From positions 128,001 to 192,000 of the forward strand of contig CAVXDX010000008.1 of NCBI GenBank assembly GCA_963760615.1: DNA of 64,000 nt. Reading direction: 5' to 3'. This document shows, in pieces, positions 38,962-47,393 of the stretch (its first letter is position 1; each line of letters opens with the position of its first letter). A program made the position numbers and the translations under genes. The notes below the pieces were generated by a model that saw only the letters and a program-made list of their open reading frames with translations, was not told where the DNA came from and made no database searches. This DNA comes from an uncultured Candidatus Micrarchaeota archaeon. Its GTDB lineage: Archaea > Micrarchaeota > Micrarchaeia > Burarchaeales > Fermentimicrarchaeaceae.

Positions 38962-39198
38962 TCATGGATTCGTTTGGTTAGTTTGGTTGATTGAGTTTCT
39001 TGTCTCATTCATTATTGTGCTTATCGCTTGTGTCGGTGACTGGCTCTGGTTGTTTACGGTCACATTGCCCTGGGTGCTTTCCCTGAGCTCCCTCATTGTC
39101 AGGAACAGGCTCACGAGCAAAAGCACAATCACTGAGATTATGAGCAGGTATTCTATGGTAGTTTGTGCTTTTATCAACTGACGTTGTCTTATACTCAT
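38962..39198 (-). CDS. Short prepilin-like protein
   Basis: IKA|QTTIEYLLIISVIV (E+5). Confidence 0.8.
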   Translation of the reverse strand: MSIRQRQLIKAQTTIEYLLIISVIVLLLVSLFLTMRELRESTQGNVTVNNQSQSPTQAISTIMNETRNSINQTNQTNP

Positions 39199-39299
39199 AA
39201 TTCACCACCCTATTCATTATGGGGAGAGATATTTAAAATCTATGGCTTTGGTAACCTTGCAGATGTATTAGACAATTTCTGCAATCTGCAGTTTTTCAC

Positions 39300-39550
39300 C
39301 GGAAAGTTACCCCTCAGAGAGGTTTATAAAGCCATCTTTTGTAATCACATCACCGCCAACCCATAAGGCGCAGAAGGGAGTCGCAAATACGAACCACCTA
39401 TGTATGCCTGTATTGCATAAAGCCGGCAGGTTAAGCATAGGGGCGGAATACCTCCGGGCAGGGGGGAATGCAAGCGTGTGGAGAATCCGATGGGTATTCT
39501 GGGAAGCACGAAGTCCCTGAAGTAAAAAAGCTGATGAGGGGGCATGTCAC
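39300..39550 (+). mobile_element. Non-autonomous IS200/IS605 (tnpB)-derived element, 251 bp
   Basis: Left TTTCAC|CGGAAAGTTACC and right GCATGTCAC shared with 46279-46344; relic tnpB-like tail ACGE...SGKHEVP and RTTYVCLYC; no intact ORF. Confidence 0.68.
39323..39330 (+). promoter_or_regulatory. Archaeal TATA box inside the element
   Basis: TTTATAAA preceded by a purine-rich BRE-like CAGAGAGG; no + strand protein gene follows. Confidence 0.55.
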
Positions 39551-39570
39551 AATCCATACTTATAGTTTGG
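39353..39570 (+). ncRNA. Candidate TnpB-type omegaRNA (scaffold plus ~20-nt flank-derived guide)
   Basis: Stems CCTATG/CATAGG, CCTG/CAGG, AGAAT-CC-GATG-GG-T-ATTCT, CCCT/AGGG; GTGG(39478-81) can pair with terminal TCAC(39547-50). Confidence 0.5.
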
Positions 39571-40258
39571 AATACTTCTCCCTTATTTCCTTCATTCTGC
39601 CGCAGGAGAAAGTCCCCTCTGGGCATGTGCCCAGTTGCACGCAGGATGGACCTGCTTTCTCAAATATGACCGGAGCAACCTTCTTGCATTCCTTTGCCAT
39701 AAGCTCAGCGAGCTCCCTTATCTCCCACTGCGCCCTCTCGCAGCAGCGCAGGGAAAAGAAGTGGAGCAGCTCCCTGCAGTTCATTGTCACGACAATTGTC
39801 GCCTTGGTTGCGTTAGGAAGTATGTAGCGTGCGTCCTCAACGGGCACGCCCAGCTGTATGAGCTCATCATAGCTTCTCCTTATGTCGGAGAGAGCGGACT
39901 GGAAAAGTTTTGAGGCTTTTTCATTGCCGTTTACTATAGGGGGGATTACGAATGCATCCTCACCGCTTACCCTCACATACCTCTGGCTCTGCTGTGTGTA
40001 AGAAGCCATTCTGTGCCTGACAAGCTCGTGGGTGAGGGCCCTTGAAACCCCGGATACGCTGAATGTGAAGGAGGCGTGCTCTGTAACAGAAATGTGACCT
40101 GATTTTATTATCTCCCTGAGAAGCTTCATTGCTTTTTCCCTCTCCCCTGCGGACTTGGCGAGCAGCTCAGCAGGTGCAAGGCTGCTCCTCGAAGTTTTTG
40201 CAACTGCTGCACAGACCAAGTCCGGGTCGGGCGTATGGGCTATGAGTTTTACTTCCAT
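39560..40258 (-). CDS. thyX: FAD-dependent thymidylate synthase
   Basis: GHISVTEHASFTF, RHRMASYTQQSQRY, EDARYILP, AQWEIR. Confidence 0.96.
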   Translation of the reverse strand: MEVKLIAHTPDPDLVCAAVAKTSRSSLAPAELLAKSAGEREKAMKLLREIIKSGHISVTEHASFTFSVSGVSRALTHELVRHRMASYTQQSQRYVRVSGEDAFVIPPIVNGNEKASKLFQSALSDIRRSYDELIQLGVPVEDARYILPNATKATIVVTMNCRELLHFFSLRCCERAQWEIRELAELMAKECKKVAPVIFEKAGPSCVQLGTCPEGTFSCGRMKEIREKYSKL

Positions 40259-40324
40259 GAAAAAACCTCCCAATAGTGTTTAAGGGAGAAAGTATAAAAA
40301 CGTTATAAGAGGCAATTTAATTAC

Positions 40325-40411
40325 GCGGGGGTGTCTGAGCCTGGTCAAAGGAGCAGGGCTTAGGACCCTGTGCGCTTAGGCGCTTCGTGGGTTCAAATCC
40401 CATCCCCCGCA
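40325..40411 (+). tRNA. tRNA-Leu(TAG)
   Basis: GCGGGGG/CCCCCGC-A acceptor, CAGGG-CT-TAG-GA-CCCTG, long variable arm, TTCAAAT loop. Confidence 0.95.
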
Positions 40412-40422
40412 TTCGTGTTAAA

Positions 40423-40890
40423 ATGAGCCTAAAAATAAGGGATGCAAAGTTGCATGATACGGAGTTCATTCTTTCAGGTATTAGAGATATATTCAGAATA
40501 GAAAAGTGTGTTTTTAGTGATAGGATATACCGTGAAAAAAAGAGATTGACCAAGAACGCTATAAAAAACAAGCAGGTTAGAGTTGTAATTGAAGAAGATA
40601 AACCGGTAGGATTCTCATGGTTTAAAATTGGTGATTTGACACCATTTGGTCTGGATTACGGGAAGTGGAGCGAAAAGTATTGCTGGATTTCTTTTGTATA
40701 TGTGTTGGAGAGCTATACGAATCAAGGTATTGGTTCTTTGCTCTACGAGGATATAATGAGTATTTGCAAAAGGAAAAAAGTAAAGCAGATAATGCTGGAT
40801 GTCTTTACTGTCAATAAAAAATCTGCAAGGTTCCATGAGAGGATAGGGTTCAAGCCTCTTCTCAGTATATTCACTATGAGGACTAGGTAA
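40423..40890 (+). CDS. GNAT family N-acetyltransferase
   Basis: PVGFSWF, ISFVYVLESYTNQGIGSLL, N..SARFHERIGF. Confidence 0.88.
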   Translation: MSLKIRDAKLHDTEFILSGIRDIFRIEKCVFSDRIYREKKRLTKNAIKNKQVRVVIEEDKPVGFSWFKIGDLTPFGLDYGKWSEKYCWISFVYVLESYTNQGIGSLLYEDIMSICKRKKVKQIMLDVFTVNKKSARFHERIGFKPLLSIFTMRTR

Positions 40891-40913
40891 CCTTGACTGT
40901 CTTCTTAATGTGC

Positions 40914-41072
40914 TTAAACTGCCTTCTTGGCTCTTATCTCCTTTCTCTTAGGCCTGAGATGCGTATAGTAGCACTTCCTGCATCTCTTTGCACCTGCGGG
41001 ATTCCTTGCCTTGCACTTCCTGCATATCCATATCTCGGAAATCTTGGCATCTGCAACTGCGAACTTCCCCAT
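40914..41072 (-). CDS. rpl40e: 50S ribosomal protein L40e (below the ORF-track cutoff)
   Basis: My translation: MGKFAVADAKISEIWICRKCKARNPAGAKRCRKCYYTHLRPKRKEIRAKKAV. Confidence 0.93.
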   Translation of the reverse strand: MGKFAVADAKISEIWICRKCKARNPAGAKRCRKCYYTHLRPKRKEIRAKKAV

Positions 41073-41144
41073 GAATATCACCTGGAGTTAGATATTTAGG
41101 GCAAGCAAGTTTAAATTCGTATTCATCCATAAATTTATCCCTGA

Positions 41145-41216
41145 GCCCCGGTAGCTCAGTGGTAGAGCGAACGCCTTGTAAGCGTTAGGTCGCGAGTTCA
41201 ATCCTCGCTCGGGGCT
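41145..41216 (+). tRNA. tRNA-Thr(TGT)
   Basis: GCCCCGG/TCGGGGC acceptor, AACGC-CT-TGT-AA-GCGTT, GCGAG-TTCAATC-CTCGC. Confidence 0.95.
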
Positions 41217-41264
41217 TGCTTTTCCTGAAAGGTATTTAAGAATTGTTAATCAAAAGAAAAAGCG

Positions 41265-43052
41265 ATGTGCGGAATTTTCGGGATAATCACCCTGAAGCCA
41301 AGAGTTATAGGCAAAGACCTGGCTGCAGGAGGCAAGAGACTCAGCTACAGGGGATACGATTCCGTGGGATGCGCGGTAATTTCTGACGGAGAGATAGATT
41401 TGAGGAAGGATGTCGGTAAAATAGATGAGGTGAGCAAGAAGCTGAACTTCTCTGAAATGCACGGCGACAGGGGAGTGATGCAGCTGAGATGGGCCACATT
41501 TGGAGCTCCTTCCAAGAGAAACGCGCAGCCCCACCTTGACTGCAATGGGGATATGGTTGGCGCGCACAACGGGAATATAGTGAACACTCCCCAGCTCAGG
41601 GAGCAGTTCATAAGAGAGGGGCATAACATAAGGAGCACCAACGATGGGGAGCTGTGCATCCATGCAGTTGAGAAGTATTATGACAAAGGATGCAGCATGG
41701 TTGAGAGCATAAGAAAAGCCTATGATGACTTGATGGGGGATTATGCGTTCATCATATTCAACAACAGTGAGAAGAGGCTCTACGCAGTTAAGAAAGGCTC
41801 TGGCCTTGTGATTGGCATTGGAAAGGATGAGATGTACTGCTCATCAGACTTGCCCTCAATACTTCCTTTGACCAAGAAGATTGTTTTCATAAAGGATGGT
41901 GAGATTGCCTCCCTCTCTCCAAAAGAGGTGAAGCTGTTCAGAATCAGCGATGGGAAGGAGATTGAGGTGAAGGTTGTGAAGTATGGAGAAAGTCCGGAGT
42001 ACGCGAAGAAAGGTGGTTACGAGCATTTCATGCTCAAGGAGATAAACGAGCAGCCCACTGTTGCGGAGGATTTGGTGGAGCTGCTTGATGATTCAAAATA
42101 CGTTGATAAATTCCTGAATGCCATGAGGGACTCGGACAAGGTTTTCCTGGTTGGATGCGGCTCGAGCTACCACGCCTGCCTACTCGGCTCCTACTATTTC
42201 GGCAATATAGCCAGGAAGACGGTGATTCCCGCAGTTGCTCCGCAGTTCATAAGCCAGTATGGACATAGCATTGATGACAAGACATGCGTGGTGCTGGTTA
42301 GCCAGAGCGGGGAGACGAAGGATGTCATAAACGCCATGGAGTATGCGAAAGGCAAAACCGATAGGATTCTTGGCGTGATGAACGTCATTGGCTCAACCCT
42401 TATGAACTCCAGCAAGGTTTACCTGCCTCTCGCAGCTGGCTATGAGGTGAGCGTGCCTGCAACAAAGACATTCCTGAACCAGTGCGTCATGTTCCTCTAC
42501 CTCGCAAAGAGGATGGGAGGAGAATCCTGCGAGGATATGAGGAAGGTTCCTCCTCTTATAAAGAGAACAATAAACTCTACTGACGGTGCTTGCAGGAAGG
42601 TTGCAGCCTATCTCAGGAGATGGGATGAGTTATACTCACTGGGGTACGGCTCGACCCATGGAATAGCAAAAGAGGCGGCATTGAAGATAAAGGAGATAAC
42701 CTACTCCCACTGCGAGGGAATGTACAGCTCTGAGTTCAAGCACGGGCCTCTCTCAGCTGTTAGGAGAGGCTATCCTGTGCTGTTCATCAGCTCGCCGAAG
42801 GATGTTAACGTGATGGTGAGCCACATAAATGAGGTAACATGCAGAGGGGGCAGAGCCATAGTTGTGGCTGAGAAGGGCGAGAGCATGGTGAAAAACGCAA
42901 GTGAGCTGATTCAGCTCCCTCATTCAAATGATTATACGGCACCGATTCTGGCGACAATTCCCGCCCAGCTCATTGCATACTACATGAGCACCGGCAGAGG
43001 GATAAACCCTGACTTCCCAAGGAATTTGAGCAAGACGATTACGGTTGACTGA
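41265..43052 (+). CDS. glmS: Glutamine--fructose-6-phosphate aminotransferase (isomerizing)
   Basis: [43 protein letters not shown]. Confidence 0.95.
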   Translation: MCGIFGIITLKPRVIGKDLAAGGKRLSYRGYDSVGCAVISDGEIDLRKDVGKIDEVSKKLNFSEMHGDRGVMQLRWATFGAPSKRNAQPHLDCNGDMVGAHNGNIVNTPQLREQFIREGHNIRSTNDGELCIHAVEKYYDKGCSMVESIRKAYDDLMGDYAFIIFNNSEKRLYAVKKGSGLVIGIGKDEMYCSSDLPSILPLTKKIVFIKDGEIASLSPKEVKLFRISDGKEIEVKVVKYGESPEYAKKGGYEHFMLKEINEQPTVAEDLVELLDDSKYVDKFLNAMRDSDKVFLVGCGSSYHACLLGSYYFGNIARKTVIPAVAPQFISQYGHSIDDKTCVVLVSQSGETKDVINAMEYAKGKTDRILGVMNVIGSTLMNSSKVYLPLAAGYEVSVPATKTFLNQCVMFLYLAKRMGGESCEDMRKVPPLIKRTINSTDGACRKVAAYLRRWDELYSLGYGSTHGIAKEAALKIKEITYSHCEGMYSSEFKHGPLSAVRRGYPVLFISSPKDVNVMVSHINEVTCRGGRAIVVAEKGESMVKNASELIQLPHSNDYTAPILATIPAQLIAYYMSTGRGINPDFPRNLSKTITVD

Positions 43053-43099
43053 AGTTACTCTTTTATTACTTCCATGCTAGTATTATTGGGAGTGATTCT

Positions 43100-43987
43100 G
43101 TGAAAATAGGCACAAAAACCCTGAAGGAAGGATTTGCGAAGATGCAGAAGGGAGGGGTGATAATGGATGTGGTCACCCCGCAGCAAGCCAGAATTGCAGA
43201 GAGAGCGGGAGCGGTTGCTGTGATGGCTTTGCATGCTGTGCCTGCAGACATAAGAGCAAAGGGCGGAGTCGCCAGGATGGCTGACCCTGCTGTGATTGGG
43301 AAGATAATGAAGGCTGTCACTATTCCGGTGATGGCAAAGGTGAGGATAGGGCATTTCGCAGAGGCGCAGATTCTTGAGGAGCTTGGAGTGGATATGATTG
43401 ACGAGTCTGAGGTGCTGACTCCTGCAGATGAGGAGTTCCACATAGACAAAAAGAAATTCAAGGTTCCTTTTGTATGCGGAGCCAGGAATTTGGGTGAGGC
43501 GCTGAGGAGGATAAACGAAGGGGCTGCCATGATAAGGACGAAAGGAGAGCCTGGAACAGGGGATGTTGTTGAGGCTGTGAGGCACGTGAGGCAGGTTAAC
43601 AGGGAAATTGAAGAGCTGGTGTCATTCAGGAAGCACAGGGGCATGCTGAGGAGCAAAGCTGAAGAATATATGGTGCCTTTTGAGCTCGTTCAGGAAACTG
43701 CAAGTCTCGGGAGGCTTCCCGTGGTCAACTTTGCAGCTGGTGGCATAGCAACTCCTGCAGATGCATCCCTCATGATGCAGTTCGGAGTCGATGGCATATT
43801 TGTCGGCTCTGGAATATTCAAGTCTTCAAATCCTGAAAAGTATGCAAGAGCCATAGTTGAGGCTACCAGAAGTTATGACAAGCCAGCAGTGCTGCTGAAA
43901 GCTTCAAAGGGGCTTGGGGAGGCAATGTCAGGAATTGACAGCAAGAAGATGCCTGATTCGCAGAAGATGCAGCTGCGGAGTCACTAG
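43100..43987 (+). CDS. pdxS: Pyridoxal 5'-phosphate synthase lyase subunit
   Basis: [41 protein letters not shown]. Confidence 0.97.
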   Translation: MKIGTKTLKEGFAKMQKGGVIMDVVTPQQARIAERAGAVAVMALHAVPADIRAKGGVARMADPAVIGKIMKAVTIPVMAKVRIGHFAEAQILEELGVDMIDESEVLTPADEEFHIDKKKFKVPFVCGARNLGEALRRINEGAAMIRTKGEPGTGDVVEAVRHVRQVNREIEELVSFRKHRGMLRSKAEEYMVPFELVQETASLGRLPVVNFAAGGIATPADASLMMQFGVDGIFVGSGIFKSSNPEKYARAIVEATRSYDKPAVLLKASKGLGEAMSGIDSKKMPDSQKMQLRSH

Positions 43988-44012
43988 GTATTCTTTTTCT
44001 TAGGGTGTTTAC

Positions 44013-44588
44013 ATGAAGGTCGGAGTTATCGCATTTCAGGGTGCGGTGAGCGAGCACATGCATATGATTGATGCAGTGTTAGGCGAGGGAAGCGGGGTCG
44101 CAGTGAGAAGTGAGAAAGAGCTTGAGAAGGTTTCTGCAGTGATAATACCTGGGGGCGAGTCAACAACCATAGGGAGGCTGATGCGTAACTCAGGGGTTTT
44201 CAGAAAGCTTAAGGAGCTTGGGGAAAGCGGCTTTCCCGTATGGGGCACATGCGCAGGCATGATTATGCTCGCAAAGGAAGGGGATGAGCAGGTGAAGAGA
44301 ACCGGGGAGCTTCTTAGTCTCATGGACATGAGAGTTAAAAGAAATGCCTTTGGGAGGCAGAGGGAATCCTTCGAGGAGGAGCTGGAGATAGCAGGAATTG
44401 GAAAGTACCACTGCATCTTCATAAGGTCGCCTGCAGTTGAGAAGATTTACGGAAAATGCAAGGCTCTTGCGCGCTTTGGCGGGTACATAGTTGCAGCCGA
44501 GCAGGAGAATCTGCTCGCAACTGCATTCCACCCTGAGCTGAGCGGTAGTGTGAAGTTTCACGAGTATTTCATCAACCAGGCGAGATGA
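44013..44588 (+). CDS. pdxT: Pyridoxal 5'-phosphate synthase glutaminase subunit
   Basis: GVIAFQG, PGGEST, GTCAG, RNAFGRQ, FHPEL. Confidence 0.97.
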   Translation: MKVGVIAFQGAVSEHMHMIDAVLGEGSGVAVRSEKELEKVSAVIIPGGESTTIGRLMRNSGVFRKLKELGESGFPVWGTCAGMIMLAKEGDEQVKRTGELLSLMDMRVKRNAFGRQRESFEEELEIAGIGKYHCIFIRSPAVEKIYGKCKALARFGGYIVAAEQENLLATAFHPELSGSVKFHEYFINQAR

Positions 44589-44644
44589 GCCGATATTTTT
44601 AAATAGTGAGAGATAAAAGAAATGTGTCGAATGGAGGTGTGAAG

Positions 44645-44866
44645 ATGGCAGAGTTGACCCCGATAGAGCAGATAGTCTTGAAGGCATTGCAGGATATCGG
44701 CGCAAGCGATGAAAGCAAAATGAAAACTGCAGATGATGTGCAGAAGAAGTGCAACAGACCGAAAGGGCAGGTGAACAACGCTCTCATGAGTCTTGTTAGC
44801 AAAGGGGTTGTGGTAAGGAAGGTACGGGAGAAGGCTGCAGGTTACTTCTTGAACAAGACAGGTTGA
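44645..44866 (+). CDS. Small winged-helix DNA-binding protein
   Basis: LTPIEQIVLKAL...TADDV...VNNALMSLVSKGVV. Confidence 0.7.
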   Translation: MAELTPIEQIVLKALQDIGASDESKMKTADDVQKKCNRPKGQVNNALMSLVSKGVVVRKVREKAAGYFLNKTG

Positions 44867-44868
44867 GT

Positions 44869-46239
44869 ATGAAAACCGTTATTGTTGGTGCTGGCCCGGC
44901 AGGGCTTTTCTGTGCATACGAGCTTGCTAAAGCTGGTGCTAAGGTAGTTGTGGTAGACAGCGGAAGCAGCATAGAGAGAAGGAAATGCCCTATGAAGAAG
45001 ATGGGCTACTGCGTTAAATGCAAACCCTGCAACCTTATACATGGAGTTGGAGGGGCGGGCTTATTCTCTGACGGAAAGCTGAACCTTGACCCCAGGATAG
45101 GCGGGGACATGCTGCAGTTCATGAAGGAGGATGAAGCGCGCAGGATGATTGAGTACATCGACAGGATTTTCAGGGAGAATGGCGCGCAGGGGGACAGGAA
45201 TGTGATAGACAACAGGGCGGACGAGCTGATGAGAAAGGCGAAGATGGCAGGAGTGAAGTTCGTCCCCATTGTCCAGAGGCATATAGGCTCGGATATGCTG
45301 CCGGGCGTTATAGAATCGCTGAAAAGCTACTTGGAAGCGCTGGGAGTCAGATTCATACTTGACACAGAAGTTAATGATGTGGAAGTGCATAACGGCTCGT
45401 TGGAGGGAATTGTTGCCGGGAGGAGCAGCATAAAAGGGGATTTTGTAGTGCTGGCAACAGGCAGAGGAGGAGCGCAATGGCTTGCAAGGAAATGCATGCA
45501 GCTGGGTATCCCGACGCAGTACCAGCCACTTGATGTTGGAGTGAGGGTTGAGGTGCCTGCGGAAATAATGAAGGAAGTTACGGATGCTTTCTGGGACCCG
45601 AAGTTCTACATCCAGACAACGCAGTATGACGATTTTGTCAGGACGTTCTGCACCTGCCCCTACGGCTTTGTCATTTCTGAGAGTTATAACAGTTTCATCT
45701 GCACGAATGGGCACTCCATGGTGTCACTGAAGTCTGAAAACACAAACTTTGCGCTGCTTGTGAGGGTTGCTTTGACCCACCCAGTGGAGAACACAACTGA
45801 GTATGGCGAGTCCATAGCAAGGATTGCCTCAACAATAGGCGGGGGGAGACCGGTCCTGCAGAGGCTTGGAGATTTGAAGGCTGGGAGGAGGTCAACCTGG
45901 GAGAGGATAAAGAGGAGCTATGTAAAGCCGACATTCACCTATGTCACCCCGGGAGACATCAGCATGGTGCTGCCTGGAAGGATAATGGCAGATATGAAGG
46001 AGGGCTTGGAGACGCTAAACAAAGTCATACCCGGAGTTGCCGAGGATTCTACACTGCTCTATGCTCCTGAGATAAAGTTCCATGCCCTGCGCGTCAATGT
46101 CAGCAGACACATGGAGACACCTGTTAAGAATCTCTTCGCAGTTGGGGATGGGGCAGGAGTGTCGAGGGGCATAGTGGGAGCAGCTCTGAGCGGTATTGTT
46201 GCGGCAAGGGAGATAGCCATGAGATGCAGGCATGGATGA
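44869..46239 (+). CDS. FAD/NAD(P)-dependent oxidoreductase
   Basis: VGAGPAG, GVGGAGLFSDGKL, VRTFCTCP, TNGHS, GDGAGVSRGI. Confidence 0.88.
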   Translation: MKTVIVGAGPAGLFCAYELAKAGAKVVVVDSGSSIERRKCPMKKMGYCVKCKPCNLIHGVGGAGLFSDGKLNLDPRIGGDMLQFMKEDEARRMIEYIDRIFRENGAQGDRNVIDNRADELMRKAKMAGVKFVPIVQRHIGSDMLPGVIESLKSYLEALGVRFILDTEVNDVEVHNGSLEGIVAGRSSIKGDFVVLATGRGGAQWLARKCMQLGIPTQYQPLDVGVRVEVPAEIMKEVTDAFWDPKFYIQTTQYDDFVRTFCTCPYGFVISESYNSFICTNGHSMVSLKSENTNFALLVRVALTHPVENTTEYGESIARIASTIGGGRPVLQRLGDLKAGRRSTWERIKRSYVKPTFTYVTPGDISMVLPGRIMADMKEGLETLNKVIPGVAEDSTLLYAPEIKFHALRVNVSRHMETPVKNLFAVGDGAGVSRGIVGAALSGIVAAREIAMRCRHG

Positions 46240-46284
46240 GATAGCCTTCTCTGCAAAGGGCTTTGCGCATAAATTCACTTTCAC

Positions 46285-46344
46285 CGGAAAGTTACCACAA
46301 TATAGCGGGAAAGCCCACACCATTTATGGGTGGGAGCATGTCAC
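46285..46344 (+). mobile_element. 60-bp miniature IS200/IS605-end element (PATE-like)
   Basis: Same TTTCAC|CGGAAAGTTACC left junction as 39294-39311; right hairpin CCCAC-A-CCA-TTTA-TGG-GTGGG then AGCATGTCAC. Confidence 0.68.
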
Positions 46345-46386
46345 CAAAAGGTATTTATCCTTCAGAGGAATAAAGTAATCCCCTGA

Positions 46387-46459
46387 GGGGGGATGTGCTA
46401 GTCTGGTATGCTTCGGGGTTTGGGACCCCGCGACCCGAGTTCAAATCTCGGTCCCCCCA
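46387..46459 (+). tRNA. tRNA-Pro(TGG)
   Basis: GGGGGGA/TCCCCCC-A acceptor, CGGGG-TT-TGG-GA-CCCCG, CCGAG-TTCAAAT-CTCGG. Confidence 0.93.
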
Positions 46460-46523
46460 CTTTTAGCAAGAGAGAAACCAAAGCAAGCTTTGTAATTAAA
46501 ATTCTTGCGTTTAAATTATTCTT

Positions 46524-47327
46524 ATGGATTTCCTGTCGATCATCCTACTCGGTTTAACTCAGGGGATAACTGAGTGGGTTCCAATCAGCTCCAAGACGCA
46601 GGTCACTGCGGTATACCTCAAACTTCTCAACGGGGATCCAAGCTCGGTGGTTCCAGTACTGATGTATGTTCATATTGGGACAGTGCTTGCTGCGCTCATA
46701 TACTTCCGCAAGGAGATAATGAAGATAATTTCGGATTTTGCGAAGAAACCTATGGACCTGCGGGCACATTCCAAAGGTAAGCTGGGCTTCCTCTTCACAT
46801 CTCTGCTGTTTACGGGAGTGGTTGGCATTCCGCTGCTTATTTTAGAGAAAAAAATGCCCTCACTTGACGCGGGCTTGCTGTTCGTCATCATGGGAGTTGG
46901 GCTTCTGATAACAGGTTTTCTGCTGCTCATGCAGAAAGGCTTGAAGGAGCGCAAAGCAAAGGATGCAAATTGGCTGGACGGGGTTTTCACCGGCCTTCTA
47001 CAGGGGCTGAGCATCCTGCCAGGCATCTCGCGTGCTGGGACGAGCACCACTGCCCTCATATGGCGTGGTTTTGACAGCGAGAGCAGCTTCAACCTGAGCT
47101 TCCTGCTCAGCATTCCCACGGTAATTCTCGCGGAGCTTGTCCTCTATGCGGGGGGTATGACGGCTTTTCCGGTTTGGGATGGAATCCTGCTATCGCTTTC
47201 AAGCTTCATTTTCGGCTATGTTGTGCTTGATGTTATACTGAGAATTGTGAAAAAAGTGAATATGACATACGTTGCATTCGCGCTTGGGGTTATAATCATT
47301 GCCGGAGGGATAGCAGGCGCTGGATGA
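46524..47327 (+). CDS. uppP: Undecaprenyl-diphosphate phosphatase (BacA family)
   Basis: GLTQGITEWVPISSK, HIGT, QGLSILPGISRAG, SFLLSIP. Confidence 0.92.
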   Translation: MDFLSIILLGLTQGITEWVPISSKTQVTAVYLKLLNGDPSSVVPVLMYVHIGTVLAALIYFRKEIMKIISDFAKKPMDLRAHSKGKLGFLFTSLLFTGVVGIPLLILEKKMPSLDAGLLFVIMGVGLLITGFLLLMQKGLKERKAKDANWLDGVFTGLLQGLSILPGISRAGTSTTALIWRGFDSESSFNLSFLLSIPTVILAELVLYAGGMTAFPVWDGILLSLSSFIFGYVVLDVILRIVKKVNMTYVAFALGVIIIAGGIAGAG

Positions 47328-47393
47328 AGCCTAGCAATAACTCATCCTCTTTTAAATATTTAATCATCTAATATCTTGCGGAAAGGTGCAAGA

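Noticed and set aside
39257-39284. 7-bp inverted repeat TTGCAGA...TCTGCAA upstream of the pilin operon
   Set aside because: It is short enough to be chance, and no second copy of the full motif was found.
39387-39480. Partial likeness of the candidate ncRNA to 5S rRNA (GGTTAAGC after a 13-nt loop), RNase P motifs, and a hammerhead core (CTGATGAG at 39531)
   Set aside because: The 5S loop C CCGAAC and helix V are missing, the RNase P conserved regions are in the wrong order, and there is no hammerhead GAAA/stem partner. The IS200/IS605 end features explain the region better.
39345-39827. ORF-track entries 39345-39626 (-) and 39468-39827 (+)
   Set aside because: They overlap thyX and have no credible family. 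The start of the + frame is best read as a relic tnpB tail.
40948-41130. 60-aa Cys-containing ORF on the minus strand
   Set aside because: It is an alternative frame over rpl40e, which has the recognisable sequence.
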